Positions 28,114 through 42,049 of a stretch of 64,000 bases of DNA are shown piece after piece. Position 1 is the stretch's first letter; every line of letters begins with the position of its first letter. Below the pieces are notes generated by a model. The model made no database searches and was not told the DNA's origin. It was given only the letters and a program-made list of their open reading frames with translations. Source of the DNA: Eledone cirrhosa (lineage: Eukaryota); the NCBI GenBank assembly GCA_964016885.1, contig OZ024742.1, positions 248,992,001 to 249,056,000 on the forward strand, written 5' to 3'. Made by a program: the position numbers and the translations under genes.

Positions 28114-28254
28114 GAGAAAATTTGGTAGGAAGAGAGTTCCGAGGGTGTGTAGAGGAGGGGTGGAAAGACATTTAGAGAAAAGGGGAAAGGAGAAAAAATA
28201 AAAATAAAATAAACATAAAAAAAATGAAATTTCATGTTATCCATATATATATAC

Positions 28255-28294
<40 letters not shown>

Positions 28295-28568
28295 ATCTAT
28301 ATGGAAAAAATGAAATTTCATTTCTCACTCTTAGTACGGCTGATACTTAAATATAAGTATGCATACGTACATACATATATGTATACAGACGTACAGTAGT
28401 ATGTATATGCATATATATATGCACATATATATATATATATATATGCACGTATGGGTTTACCGAACATTTATTACAATGCTCGGTTTGTTTGTAAACAAAC
28501 AGCCCGAATTATTAGCCGTACAGTCTTCGGCAACCATCGTTGCCATTTTGTTCAACACTGACAAAGGA

Positions 28569-28610
28569 ACGATGAACTAGTTTCTAGCTTATTAGCTCTC
28601 ATCAGCACGT
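28569..28610 (-). ncRNA. Hammerhead motif (16943 family)
   Basis: rc: ACGTG CTGATGA GAGC TAATAA GCTA GAAAC TA GTT CATCGT. Confidence 0.6.
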
Positions 28611-29169
28611 ATACCTTCCTATCAGTTGATTGAACGTGTGAAAGTATATACTTTCCTTATGCATATTAACGGCTGAGCAGCCTAATTTGCATAATAATTC
28701 GGGCTGTTTGTTTACAAAGAAACTGAGCACCAATCTAAAGTCTCCCAGGTTGGCCACAACTTACTTTCCCTATTTTTCCACGGTTACTCTTTTGTATGTT
28801 TCTTTCACCTATGTCTTCCCACAATGGGACCGGTACACTTTTTTTTCTCCTATTCCTTTTCTATTTTTCCCCTTTCCCCTTCCCCCTTTCTTACTCTCTC
28901 CTTTTTTCGCCTATTTTTTTCTCTCTTTCTCTGTCCTTTTCCACCTGACCTTGTGATTAATAAAAGGCCTCGGGCGCACCCGAACTACACCGATGTCCTG
29001 TAATTCAGCGCCGAAACATCAGTTCGGGAAACATTTACAGCTGACGATGGAAACTTCTTTCTTCCTTTCTCCTCTTGTTCCATCCTAGCCACCATCCTAA
29101 ACTATATATATATTATTGAGTAAAATGACTGGAGGCTGGACTGGTGAAATTCCTTAAAGATTTATTATA

Positions 29170-29229
29170 AACACTATGCTCATTTCACTGATCATGTTCT
29201 GCAGGAAACTGGTGACATCATCAGGTGTT
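29170..29229 (-). ncRNA. Hammerhead motif (family shared with 30723)
   Basis: rc: AACAC CTGATGA TGTCACCAGTTTCCTGCAGAACATGATCAGT GAAA TGAGCATA GTGTT tatAATAAA. Stem II is degenerate. Confidence 0.55.
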
Positions 29230-29764
29230 ACGAAATTTATCCAATAAAGGAATATAATAATGGTAGACACAAACCAAGAGACCGAAAAGTAGAGAGAAAT
29301 GTTTAAGACCTGAAGGCACCAGATCTAGCAGTTGCCAGTCCGGATTTTAAGAGTATACAAACTCTATTTATGGGAGTATAAGCCAGACCGACAAAATGGA
29401 GTTAGTTTTACTTATATAAACATCTCTCCACTATGGATTCGCACATGAAAAAAAAACAGAATACCAAAAATTATTGGAATGACCAATATTGAAAGAATCT
29501 GTAAAACTCTCCATGGGAGGTTTTCTTCAAACTAAGAGGCTATATTGATCTTAAAATTATACATACAGGTCCATTGTTGAGATCGCATGCTGTCCGAAAC
29601 ATTTAATAGCTCAACAACACAACGTGTTTTGGACAGCATGCGGTCTCGACAATTGAACGCTATGTATAATTTCATGATCAATATAGCCTTTTAGCTGGAA
29701 GAGTAACTCTCCAGGTGCAAATCGCATGATCATTTATAACCGAAAGGGGTCTTTACTCTTTATC

Positions 29765-29811
<47 letters not shown>

Positions 29812-29852
29812 CGAAACATAAGTCAATTGCATGAACTGATAATCCTTTATTT

Positions 29853-29908
29853 ACTGCTATATATATTTCGATGATAGCCATTGAATCGCTATGACCTCAT
29901 CAGGCAGT
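29853..29908 (-). ncRNA. Minimal type I hammerhead motif, apparently intact
   Basis: rc: ACTGC CTGATGA GGTCATAGC GATTCAATG GCTATCATC GAAA TATATATA GCAGT AAATAAA. Confidence 0.8.
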
Positions 29909-29925
29909 TAGTCGGTACTTTCATT

Positions 29926-29966
<41 letters not shown>

Positions 29967-29969
<3 letters not shown>

Positions 29970-30643
29970 AATGAAAGTACAGCATATTCGAAGCTCGAGC
30001 CGCAGCTAAGCCGACGAATGCCTTCAGCAGTGCAGCCAAGCACTCGACGAGGTATAAACCTCAGAGTAATAACATAGGGTTTAAAGGGCTTTGCAAATTG
30101 AAGATAGCGACCGGTAATTCAACCACGTGGTCTGTAGCAATGAAAGAACTGACTCGCGAGAAAAAATACATACACATATACATATATATATATATATATA
30201 TAAAACAAACCTGGACCATCACTTCGAAATTATTCAATATCTCAGTTAGGTTTCTGTAAATCCGAAATAACAAAATCCGCTTGTAGTGTATACAAGTAAA
30301 GTTTCTGGGAGATCGAACAGTGGATTTACTTTCTCAACAGGCTTTCGTTCGGACACAAATTCGCTTGTGATGGCACATGTTACTCCAAAGGGAGCTAACC
30401 CCGGTTTATGGCGGTCAAATTCAAAGTATGAGCTATGGAAAAAGTTTCATACACAAACAGAATTAAGCACTCCACCAGACCGTTATTAAACAAACATAAA
30501 TAATTAACCAATCAATGGAATTATCAAATTGAATTAATCAATTAATCATTATGTCTAGGAGATAGTAATACAAATGAAAGTACAGCATATTCGAAGCTCG
30601 AACCGCAGCTAAGCCGATGAATGCCTTCAGCAGTGCAGCCAAG
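29967..30643. repeat. ~73-bp direct repeats (29967-30040 and 30571-30643)
   Basis: caaatgaaagtacagcatattcgaagctcgaRccgcagctaagccgaYgaatgccttcagcagtgcagccaag occurs twice. Confidence 0.85.
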
Positions 30644-30722
30644 AAACTGCTAAATGGGTGGCCGCCTTCTTGTCGCTCTGTCTTTTCAGCCCCATAGATT
30701 ATATTCCTTTGTTAAATTTCGA

Positions 30723-30780
30723 ATACCTGATGATGTCACCGGATTCATACTGAACCCGGCCATTGAAATGATCATAGTAT
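30723..30780 (+). ncRNA. Hammerhead motif
   Basis: ATAC CTGATGA TGTCACCGGATTCATACTGAACCCGGCCATT GAAA TGATCA TA GTAT AATAAA. Confidence 0.6.
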
Positions 30781-31031
30781 AATAAACCTTTAAGGAATTA
30801 CACCAGTCCAACCTCCTGTTATTTTATAATAATTAACTCCGTACTCGCACCACCAACAACGCAAACGATGACGGGTGAGTTGCATTACGTCGAGTGCTCT
30901 CCCTAATATTACATCGAGGTTGACCATGCGGAATGACCAGTTCTATCCAGTGGTGAACCAACAAACATAAATAAATATATATATTTATTACTACTCCTCG
31001 GAGTTTCTGTTCTTCCCCTATCCGAGCTTTC

Positions 31032-31059
31032 CTGGTGAAGGACTTCGGTCCGAAACCTC
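31032..31059 (+). ncRNA. Degenerate Penelope-type hammerhead core
   Basis: CTGGTGA A GGAC TTCG GTCC GAAA CCTC (A6 mutated, UUCG tetraloop stem II). Confidence 0.45.
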
Positions 31060-31133
31060 CTTCACTAAAACCAAGCATGAACCTAATATAACTGTGTACA
31101 ATATTGCCTCCTGCGTTTTGTTTGTTCAATTTC

Positions 31134-31690
<557 letters not shown>

Positions 31691-31692
<2 letters not shown>

Positions 31693-31832
31693 GTGGTTAC
31701 ACAACAGTTAATTCACCATACCGAGAACAATTGTTTCACCTAAGCGGATCCTCAGCCCGTAATCAAGCTGAGGATCCGCTAAGGTGAAACAATTGTTCTC
31801 GGTATGGTGAACTAACTGTTGTGTAACCACTT
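31691..31832. mobile_element. Palindromic solo 3' end (pLTR) of the PLE at 49564, one hammerhead per arm
   Basis: ~65-bp near-perfect arms, near-identical to 49565-49634. CTGAGGA TCCGCTAAGGT GAAA CAATTG TT CTCG. Confidence 0.88.
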
Positions 31833-31888
31833 GTACCTAAGTCGTCCCATGGAATGAGTGCTCTACCACTACGGATATTACTTCCAGT

Positions 31889-32730
<842 letters not shown>

Positions 32731-32734
32731 CATG

Positions 32735-33340
32735 TCAGGTCACCAGTTGGTGGTACTGGTAACATGTATCCCAGTACAACCTGTCTCATGGTCGGGTCTT
32801 TGGCGACTAAACTGGCAACCCCACCGAGGTTTCTTGGTGAGGAGGGTGACTCTGGACATCCTGCAGGACTAAAAACAAAACCAGTCGTAGGGCAAAGGAG
32901 CTCTTCAGCGTCAATGGCCATCCAAAATCACCGGGAGAGATGACCCCTTAGCCTTTGTCAAGGCAGAATTCTAGGAGAAGGAAAACTCTGATATAACACC
33001 TGCAACCCTGATGGTATCCAATGATGTTGACTTGTTCTTCTTTTTGGTAAATATCATCTTGGTTAAGAGAGTGGGACTGGCTTTGTGCAGTGCCTTTGCT
33101 CACTATAAAAGCTTCACGGCACAGGCATTGCTTAATATCTGGAGATCTCTCTGCACTTGTCGTCACATGGTACCATGGGCCCAGCACTATATGTCAATAA
33201 TTGTCACAAGTGTAGTGTTTCTACCATAGTTTTCAAGTTGCTGGCTGGACTAAAAAGTCACACTCGTTCAGCGCATCGGTAGAGGTTCTCCTACATGGAT
33301 ATAAAGTAGTGGCCGTACTCGAAAACGAGTTGGCAGCCAC
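32735..33340 (+). mobile_element. Possible RTE-type LINE 5' UTR-derived fragment flanked by (TATG)n
   Basis: ggcgactaaactggcaacccc and ctaggagaaggaaaactctga resemble RTE 5' UTR motifs (from recall). Confidence 0.35.
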
Positions 33341-34136
33341 CATGTATGTATGCATGTATGTATGTATGTATGTATGTATGTATGTATGTATGTATGTATG
33401 TATGTATGGAAAAAGTATATGAGTCGTGAGTTGATCATCAAATCAAACCAAGGAAACAACCTTTCCATTAGTCTTTCCATTCCTGATACTATATGTTAAA
33501 GAGGGCACAATTTGAATTCTGAACAGAGATACAAATACCCGGAACAAGTACCGAGGCAGGCCGGAAATGTCACTGCGGAATCGTCATGGCTGGAATGCCT
33601 TTGGGTTGCATTGTTTTATGTTTGTCTCTATTGAGAATGGATGTATGGCATAACTATTAATTACGGATGTCAATGAGACCCAGACATTTTATAGTCGTTG
33701 TTGTTGTTGCTGCTGTTGTTGTCGTTGATGCTGTTGTTGTTGTCGCTGTTGTTGTAGTTTGTTGCTGTTGTTGATATTGCTAAACCTATTGCTGATGTTG
33801 CCAATGCTGTTGTTGATGTTCCTGCTGTAGATGTTGTAACTGCTGTTATAGTTGTGCTGGTAGCGATGTTCTTGACTGTGCTGTTCATGTCGCTTTCACT
33901 GTTGTTAATTCTACTTTTATTTTGAAGACTTTTATCTTTACATATTGTGAAGACTGTTATTGCTTTGTTTTTTGCTGTAGTATGTTCTATACTATTATTT
34001 TGACTGCTATTAATATTGTTGTTGATGTTGTTGTTGTTGTTTTTTTGTTACTGTGTTTTTGCTTCTGCAGTTATTACTGTACTGTTGTTATTGCTACCCA
34101 ACTAAAATATATGGAGTGTGGGACACACACACACAC

Positions 34137-34174
<38 letters not shown>

Positions 34175-35674
34175 CCCCCCCCCCGCCACACACACACACA
34201 TGATATATCCAACAGTTAGAAGTGGGTTACGATAGGCAGACACATCAGGTACCCAATGAGCATAAAATTATAATGTCAACCCTGTCGTCACTTTATTTGC
34301 TTAGTTACGAAATACCTCATCATAGTTGTTGTGACTTATCATACTTGTTATGACATATCTTAGTTATAATGCCTGTTTCACATTCCCAAACATAATTTAA
34401 TAATTTATTGCAAATGTATATATAGAACTGAGACCTACATCTCTAAGTGTGTATGTATGGGTATGAGTGGTTATATGTTTGTATATGTGTGCGTTTGTGT
34501 TCGAATGCTTGTTTCCTATACAGTTATGCGTTTGTATAAGCGTGTTTGTTTAGGTATACAATTCTTCTGTTGGTGCCTTTGTATGTGTGTGTATTTCTGT
34601 AGTTATGTGTTTGTATATCCGTGTGTGTTTATGGTTCAATGTTTCTCCAAATGAGAGGATGTTGAAGTTTACTTGAAGCATTGTATTAAGTGTAGAATAT
34701 AATGTTTTATTAGAATGGGATATTAATTGGGATATTAATGGGATATTAATTGGGATAAAGGATATCTCGTGTCGCATTTATACTGTCAAAGAGTGACACA
34801 AGATATTCTGCTCTGAATTAGTTGCATCACCTTATACGTTTGACGAAGGTTTTATCTCGAAATATAAGGGCCATTAAACAAATCCAAGATAACATCCCAA
34901 CATTTTTGTTATTAAAATTAATTTCGTATGTGCATTGTGGTAGACATCTAATAAAGAAAAAACATTTGTTTGTGTGTTTGTGTTTATGGTTATTTTTCTG
35001 AGTGTTTGTGTATGTGTGTGTGTGGGTGTGGCGTATATCTATGTATGTATCTGTGCGTTTGAGATCTGGTGGGATGACATAGAAGAGGTAAATACAGAGA
35101 GTTTGATGACTCCTTGTAAATACCTAAGCATTGATCGATTTGATCGATAAAATGTGTTTGTATTTCAGTATGTATTTTTCGATTTCGCGGCATATGTTGA
35201 AGAGCTCCGATGTGACATTTAGATACTTATCAAATTTATTGAGATTACTGAATATGAAACAGTTTTCAGCTCTGCAAATCACGCATTTTTTGTCTTATTT
35301 TTTTATGGTAAATAATGTTTCACTTGATACCGAAAACAGTACGCTGTTAAATGCCACACGTAATTGGATAGTATTGTTGAATTACTATATTTTTAATAAC
35401 CGAATGAAGAATGGTTCTTGTAATGTAGTTGTTAAAATTTAGCGTCGGCCATGCCCAAATATGGATTTGCGCCGATGTATATTTTAACGGACAGAATAAG
35501 GCAATATGAATGTGTATATTTGCAAGTGAAATAAGGTGGTTTGGTTGTTACACATTTTTTTTTTCGGGTTAATGGTACAGCTAAGACATAATGCGTTATG
35601 ACAAACGGAATATATAATTTCATATATATATATATATGTGATTACAATACATACATCAATATATATATATATAT

Positions 35675-35764
<90 letters not shown>

Positions 35765-35765
<1 letters not shown>

Positions 35766-36335
35766 TACGTACATACATATATGTATACAGACGTACAGTA
35801 GTATGTATATACATACATACATGCACATATATATATGTACGTATGGGTTTACCGAACATTTATTATAATGCTCGGTTTGTTTGTAAACAAACAGCCCGAA
35901 TTATTAGCCGTACAGTGTTCGGCAACCATCATTGCCATTTTCTTCAACACTGACAAATTAGGCTATTCAGCCGTTAATATGCATAATGAAAGTATATACT
36001 TTCAAACGTTCAATCAACTGACAGGAATGTATACGGGGCTGATGACAGCTAATAAACTAGAAACTAGTTCATCGTTCCTTTGTCAGTGTTGAATAAAATG
36101 CCAACGATAGTTGCCGAACACTGTATGGCTAATAATTCGGGCTGTTTGTTTACAAACAAACCGAGCATTATAATAAATGTTCGGTAAACCCATACGTACT
36201 TATATATATATGTGTGCATGTATATATGTATATACATACTACTGTACGTCTGTATACATATATGTATGTATACATACTTATATTTGAGTATCAGCCGTAC
36301 TAAGAGTGAGAAATGAAATTTTCTTTTTTCCATTT
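35765..36335. mobile_element. HHR element (16738 family) with internal strand inversion; degenerate hammerhead at 36033-36075 (+)
   Basis: 35765-35955 is inverted at ~36082-36275. CTGATGA CAGCTAATAAACTA GAAAC TA GTT CATCGT. Confidence 0.8.
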
Positions 36336-36348
36336 ATATATATATATT

Positions 36349-36563
<215 letters not shown>

Positions 36564-36571
36564 ATATATAT

Positions 36572-36669
<98 letters not shown>

Positions 36670-36707
36670 AACTCGTGGAGTTATGATTTTGTTAAACTAT
36701 TAGTATA

Positions 36708-37500
36708 TACGAGGGTAAGTAAAAAATTATCCGCACTTTCACCATAACATATCTTTAGGTTTGTTACACTGCCTTCTGTTCATGCATGCTTATAGTTGGT
36801 ATTATTGAGGTCACGTGATCGAGTGTGATATTGAACGCCCCAGTTTTCTTGCTACTGTTACAGTAAACACGTGACTACCTCGCTAGCAGTGTGTACCAAG
36901 GAGGAATAAAGAGCGGACGGTGTATCAGAGCTGAAATTCTCCAGATGCTTTTAACATAATACGGCGACCGTACACTGCCACGTAGAAATGTTTATAAGTA
37001 GATTGAGAAATCTAGATGTGACTAGACAAGCTTGAGACACGAAGGAGCAGGACGCCCATCGACCTCAACCACAGACGAGAAGATTCAGCAAGCTCGAGAG
37101 ATGGTAATGGTGACCTGGCGAGTTTTCATCGATGAGGTAGCATGTTCTCTGCAAATTAGTCATGGTTCAGCCTATCATATCATCCACAACGAGTGGTTAC
37201 CGCAGAGCATAAGCGCAAACCCGCTGAGGTTTGCCAACGTTTACTTGAATAAACAAGGCGATGAATTTTTTAGCAGAATAATCAGAGGAGATGAAATGTA
37301 AGTCCATCACTATGAGCCAGAATCATAAAGGATTGAGTAGAGAGAGGAAACAACCTGTTTCACACTGCTAGAAGAGCGGCCATATTTGTTACAGCAGCAA
37401 GAAAACTGATACGATCACGCTCAAACTTCGATCAAGTTACCACAATAGTACCAAATATAAGCATGAGCAGAAGACAGTGTGACAAACCTAATGACATGTT
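36708..37500 (+). mobile_element. Decayed mariner transposon
   Basis: TIR tacgagggtaagtaaaaaattatccgcac. HEGAGRPSTSTTDEKIQQAREMV..ISHGSAYHII and IIRGDE.VHHYEPE. Confidence 0.8.
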
Positions 37501-37553
37501 ATGAGGGAATTGCAGATAATTGTTTACATACGTTTACGTATGTGTGTGTATTT

Positions 37554-37597
<44 letters not shown>

Positions 37598-37989
37598 TGT
37601 GTGTGTGTGTGTGTGTGCGTGTGTGTGTACGTGTGTACGTGTGTACGTGTGTACGTGTGTACGTGTGTTTGTGTTTGTGCGTGCGTGTGCGTCTATGTAT
37701 GAGTGCAACGCAGCATGACCGAATGTTTAATATGTTCCAATCATTGGTTTTCTTTCGGGTGATGAACAGTTTGACGCTAGTGTATTTAACATATTTGGCT
37801 AGCCTTACAATATGCAAACCTTTCGCTTAGTTATGAACCCCATCTTACTACATTATAACAATTGCAACTCACAATTTGGCAAGCTGACACACATAGACTT
37901 TAAAACTGAACTTAACACATTTAGTTATAGTAATGAGAGTGTGTTGAGACGGTTGTGATAATTAAACACAAAAAACACGTTTTCAAATG

Positions 37990-38690
37990 CATATATACAT
38001 AAGTGAAGGGAGAAAGAGGAAAAGAATAAAATCAAACTTTCCAGTTGTTGTCTTCCTGTTTCTTCGACAACAACTACAACGGTACGCGATGGGGCCCACC
38101 CACAGCCCCGGCGGACTGAATGGTGAAGGTGTTTCCCCGGGGGATGGCGTGGGAGACGCACTGGAAGAGCCACTCCAACTCGCGGGGCCAGCTCAGCCCC
38201 TATGGTGGTGAGTAAGGAGGTAGCCCTAGGGCCGAGGACACCAGAAGTCTCCACTGCCAGGTGTCCGACCGGAAACCTGTCGGAGAGCGACCGGTATTTG
38301 AGGAGTTTGGCCCCCTCAGCCCGACGTTCAGCAGAACCTGGGTCAGTCGCAGACTGCACCAGGTTGCGGCTGGAGAAAGAGTCGGTGCAAGTGGCATCCC
38401 AGACGAGGGGTTTGCCACCGCGGAACGGGAAGATGGTCATGCCATCTGGCCTTTTGAGGTCCCCTCGATCCAGCCCCACGGGCTCGAGCTGGGAAGGGAA
38501 GCCTGCAGCGTCCAAGCCGTGCTTAATGACTTCGTTGAGGGCAGCATGGCGTGGAATGTGGCCGGCACTGTGGCGACAGGAAAGCGGGTGGAGGCCGAAA
38601 GAGTCTACGGTGGAACCGCAACGACATTGGTGTGGCTGGCAGATCCGGAGGCCGAGCCTCAGGGAAACGCCGATGCGCAGGTTTTGAAAC
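37990..38690 (-). mobile_element. 3' fragment of a CRE-like (RLE) non-LTR retrotransposon, GC-rich
   Basis: CRCG..VDSFGLHPLSC...PRHAALNEVI zinc knuckle, then EPVGLDRGDLKRPDGMTIFPFRGGKPLVWDATCTDS...AVETSG. Confidence 0.8.
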
Positions 38691-39215
38691 TTCTTGCTCT
38701 AAGATTTCCCTTATACAGTCTAAATTCACCAAAGCCAAATATGTGATAGGTTATAATACCATGCGGGATATATAATTTAGTTATACAAATTCATATATAA
38801 CCATGATGTTTTAAGGGCTCACTGTAATCTGCGCCAAATGTGGCTGCCTAGTTGATCTTAAATGTAGCACCACACCTAAGTGTTGGTGTTGATGTTTGTA
38901 CAGTCACTCAGTGCATATGTATGTGACATGAATTGGTGTAGCCTAACTAGACATGACTTGGGTTAGTAAATTGCACTGCAACACAGTCTCATGATATCCC
39001 ATCACTTCCTCCTCCTACCTTCCTACTTTCTTTCTTTCCTTTCTTCCGTGTTCCCAAAACATATACATCCCTACTTTATATCCCCTCTCACTCACACATA
39101 CACACGCCTCTAATATTTACTTCGTTTCCACTGGAGCGATGAATGCTACGTCAAAAGGTGAAAGACATTTCTCTTGCCTCTATTTATTTACTATTATTAT
39201 ATATAGTTATTATTA

Positions 39216-39617
39216 GGGTGGGGAATTGGCAGTATCGGTAGAGGGTCGGACGCCATGCTTTGCAGCATAGAGTTACGGCTCTTTATGATCTGAGCTCAAA
39301 TCCCGCCGAGATTAACTTTGCCTTTCATCTTTATGGGGTCCTTAAAATAAAGTACCCGTCACGCACTGGGGTCGGTTTAATCGTCTCCCTCCCACCCAAA
39401 TTACTGGCCTTGTGCCTATATAAGAAACCATTATTATATATAGTTATTATATAGGATGGTGAATTGGCATTATCGGTAGAGGGTCAGACGCCATGCTTTC
39501 TAGCATAGTTATGTCCCTTTATGATCTGAGTTCACATCCCGCCGAGGTTCACTTTGCCTTCCATCCTTACGGGTACTGGGTAATTGCTGGCCTTGTGCCA
39601 AAAAGTAGAAAACATTA
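39216..39617 (+). mobile_element. Two tandem SINEs
   Basis: Heads at 39216 and 39453, same consensus. Confidence 0.85.
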
Positions 39618-40162
39618 TATATAGTTATTTTTGTATGATTATTGTTATTATTATTGTTGTTGCTGCTTCCTCCTCCTCTTTTTGGTCCACCTCCTCCTCC
39701 TTATTATTATTTTTCTTCTTCTTCTTCTTCTTCTTCTTCGTGCTGTTGTTGTTATTGTTGTTGTTATTGCTACTGCTGTTATTGTTGATGTCATTGTTGT
39801 TGATATCGTAATTATAACAGTTTTCACCGTTTTAGTGCATGGGACGATTGTTTTTTTAATTGAATTATTTTCCAAACATTAGAGTCAATAACACCAGGAT
39901 ATCCAATAGCTGAGATATACATAAAGTCTATTCTTTTTATTCCGGAGAGTTCTTCTTATGTTTACGTATTTTCTAAAAAAAAAAAAAAATGCTGACGCGA
40001 GATGCAGTGAGAAGAACACGAAAGAATGTAGCATGGCCAACACTGAATTAAAAGAAATCACATTGATACTCGATCAAAATACTTAAATGAGTTTTCAAAA
40101 AAAGAAAATCACTATTTAAAGAAAGAAAAGAAAAATTCAATCGAAGCTATGACACGAAGACA

Positions 40163-41008
40163 TACGAGGTTAAGTCAAAATTTATCCGGAATTTCGCCAT
40201 AACATGTCTTCTGCATGAGCAGAAGACAGTGTGATAAACCTAAAGATATGTTATGGCAAAAGCGCGGACAATTTTTTGGTTACTACATCGCGCATGATCG
40301 AGACAGTTATCTTGCTATGTTACAGTGTAAACATAGCGGCTCTGTTATCAGTGTGCACCAGGATATTTCCACTCCACAGTCTTTTGGATCCTGGTTCATA
40401 GTAATGGACCCACCTTCTTTGTTGCAGCGTTCAAGTAAACGTTAGTAGACCTCAACTCGTTTGCACATGTGCTCTGCAGTAAGCTCTCTTTGCATCTATC
40501 TCGGACAGGCCTCATGGAAACCGAACTCGTTGTGGATGATTTAATAGGCAGAATCATGACTAATTTGCAGAGAACATGCTACCTCGTCGATGACAATTCG
40601 CCGGTACGCCATTACCATCTTTCTTGCTTGCTGAATTTTAGCGTTTTTGGTTGAGGTCGATGGGCGTCCTGCTCCTCCTTCGTGCGTCACTGTTGTCCGG
40701 TCACTTTTAAAATTCACTTTTAAACATTTCTACGTGGGAGTGCACTGTTGCAAAGTTGTGCTAAAATCTCCGACGAATTTCACCGCCTGACACAGCCTCC
40801 GCTCTTTGTGCCTCGTTGGTGCACACTGCTTGCGGAGCAGACATGTTTGCACTGTAACAACAGAAAGAAAAATGGCGCGATGATGCTCAAACCTCGATCA
40901 CGTGACAAAAATCGTACCGACGAGAAGCACGCATGAGCACAAGGTAGTATGACAAATGTAAAGATTTGTTATGGCAAAATTGCGGATACTTTTTTACTTA
41001 ACTTCGTA
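40163..41008 (-). mobile_element. Internally deleted mariner with both TIRs (same family as 36708)
   Basis: tacgaggttaagtcaaaatttatccggaatttcgccataac ... gttatggcaaaattgcggatacttttttacttaacttcgta. An inverted GAGRPSTS segment lies at ~40650-40685. Confidence 0.85.
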
Positions 41009-41089
41009 GATTATACTAGACACATTCTTGTGTCCGAAAACGTAACTCTCGTAAGATAAATAACAGCGATAATGACAATCATTTTCTTT

Positions 41090-41920
41090 TACATTTGGCA
41101 CAAGGCCAGTAATTTCAAGGGAAGACAAATTTGATTAAATTGACACCAGTGTATTACAGGTACATTATTTTATCGCCCCCATAATGAAGAAAGGAAAATC
41201 TAACCTCGGCGAGATTTAACTCAGCACATAATGCGCCATAACTACATGCTGCAACGCATGTTGTTCAACCCTCTACAGATAATTGGTTCTACTTTTAGCT
41301 CAAGGCCAGCAATTATCCCAGTAGATTACTGGTACTTTATTTTATCGACCTTGTAAGTATGAAAGGCAAAGTTAACCTCGGCGGGATTTGAACTCAGAAC
41401 GTAAAGGACCATAACTCTATGCTGAAAAGCATTGTGTCTGACGCTCTACCAATCTGCCAAACCACCGCCCACGTGCTGTAGATAATTGTTTCTACTTTTG
41501 GCACAATGCCAGCAATTATTCCAGTACATTACTTGTACTTTATTTTATCGACCCCGTAAGGATGAAAGGCAAAGTTAACTTCGGCAGGATTTGAACTCAG
41601 ACTATAAATGACCATAACTCTATGCTACAAAGCATGATGTCCGGCTCTCTACCGACACTGCCAATCCTCCGTCACAGATAATGCCAATCCATCGGTATTA
41701 ACAATAATTGTTTCTACGTTTTGCACAAGGCCAGAATTTGATGGAGAGGGAAAAAGTCGATTAAATCTACCCTAGTACGTTACTGGTATTTTATTTTATT
41801 AATCTCGTAAGGATGAAAGGCAAAGCTAACCTCGACGGGATTTGAACTGAGAACGTAAAGAAACGTAACTATATCCCGCAAAGAAGGTTGTTCGTCGCTC
41901 TACCGATAACAAATCCACCA
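41090..41920 (-). mobile_element. Four SINEs head-to-tail
   Basis: Units start near 41090, 41281, 41483 and 41705, each with gcaaagttaacctcggcgggatttgaactcag-like sequence. Confidence 0.88.
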
Positions 41921-42049
41921 GCAACAACATTAATAACATCTATAATGGCCTTTGACCATTACTTAGAGGCGAATCATAAAGGATACATTGCCCTTCCTAT
42001 AGCGCGTGCACTGTAACAAGAAGCTTCGAAAGCAATCCAATAGGTCTTG

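Noticed and set aside
32738-32822. HDV-like ribozyme at a putative RTE 5' end
   Set aside because: A CCAGT/ACTGG P2 is possible, but L3 lacks the U-G and P1.1 consensus and no P1 could be built.
41090-41920. CRISPR-like regularly spaced repeats or tRNA genes
   Set aside because: These are ~200-bp SINE units with tRNA-derived heads. No cloverleaf, no spacers, eukaryotic context.
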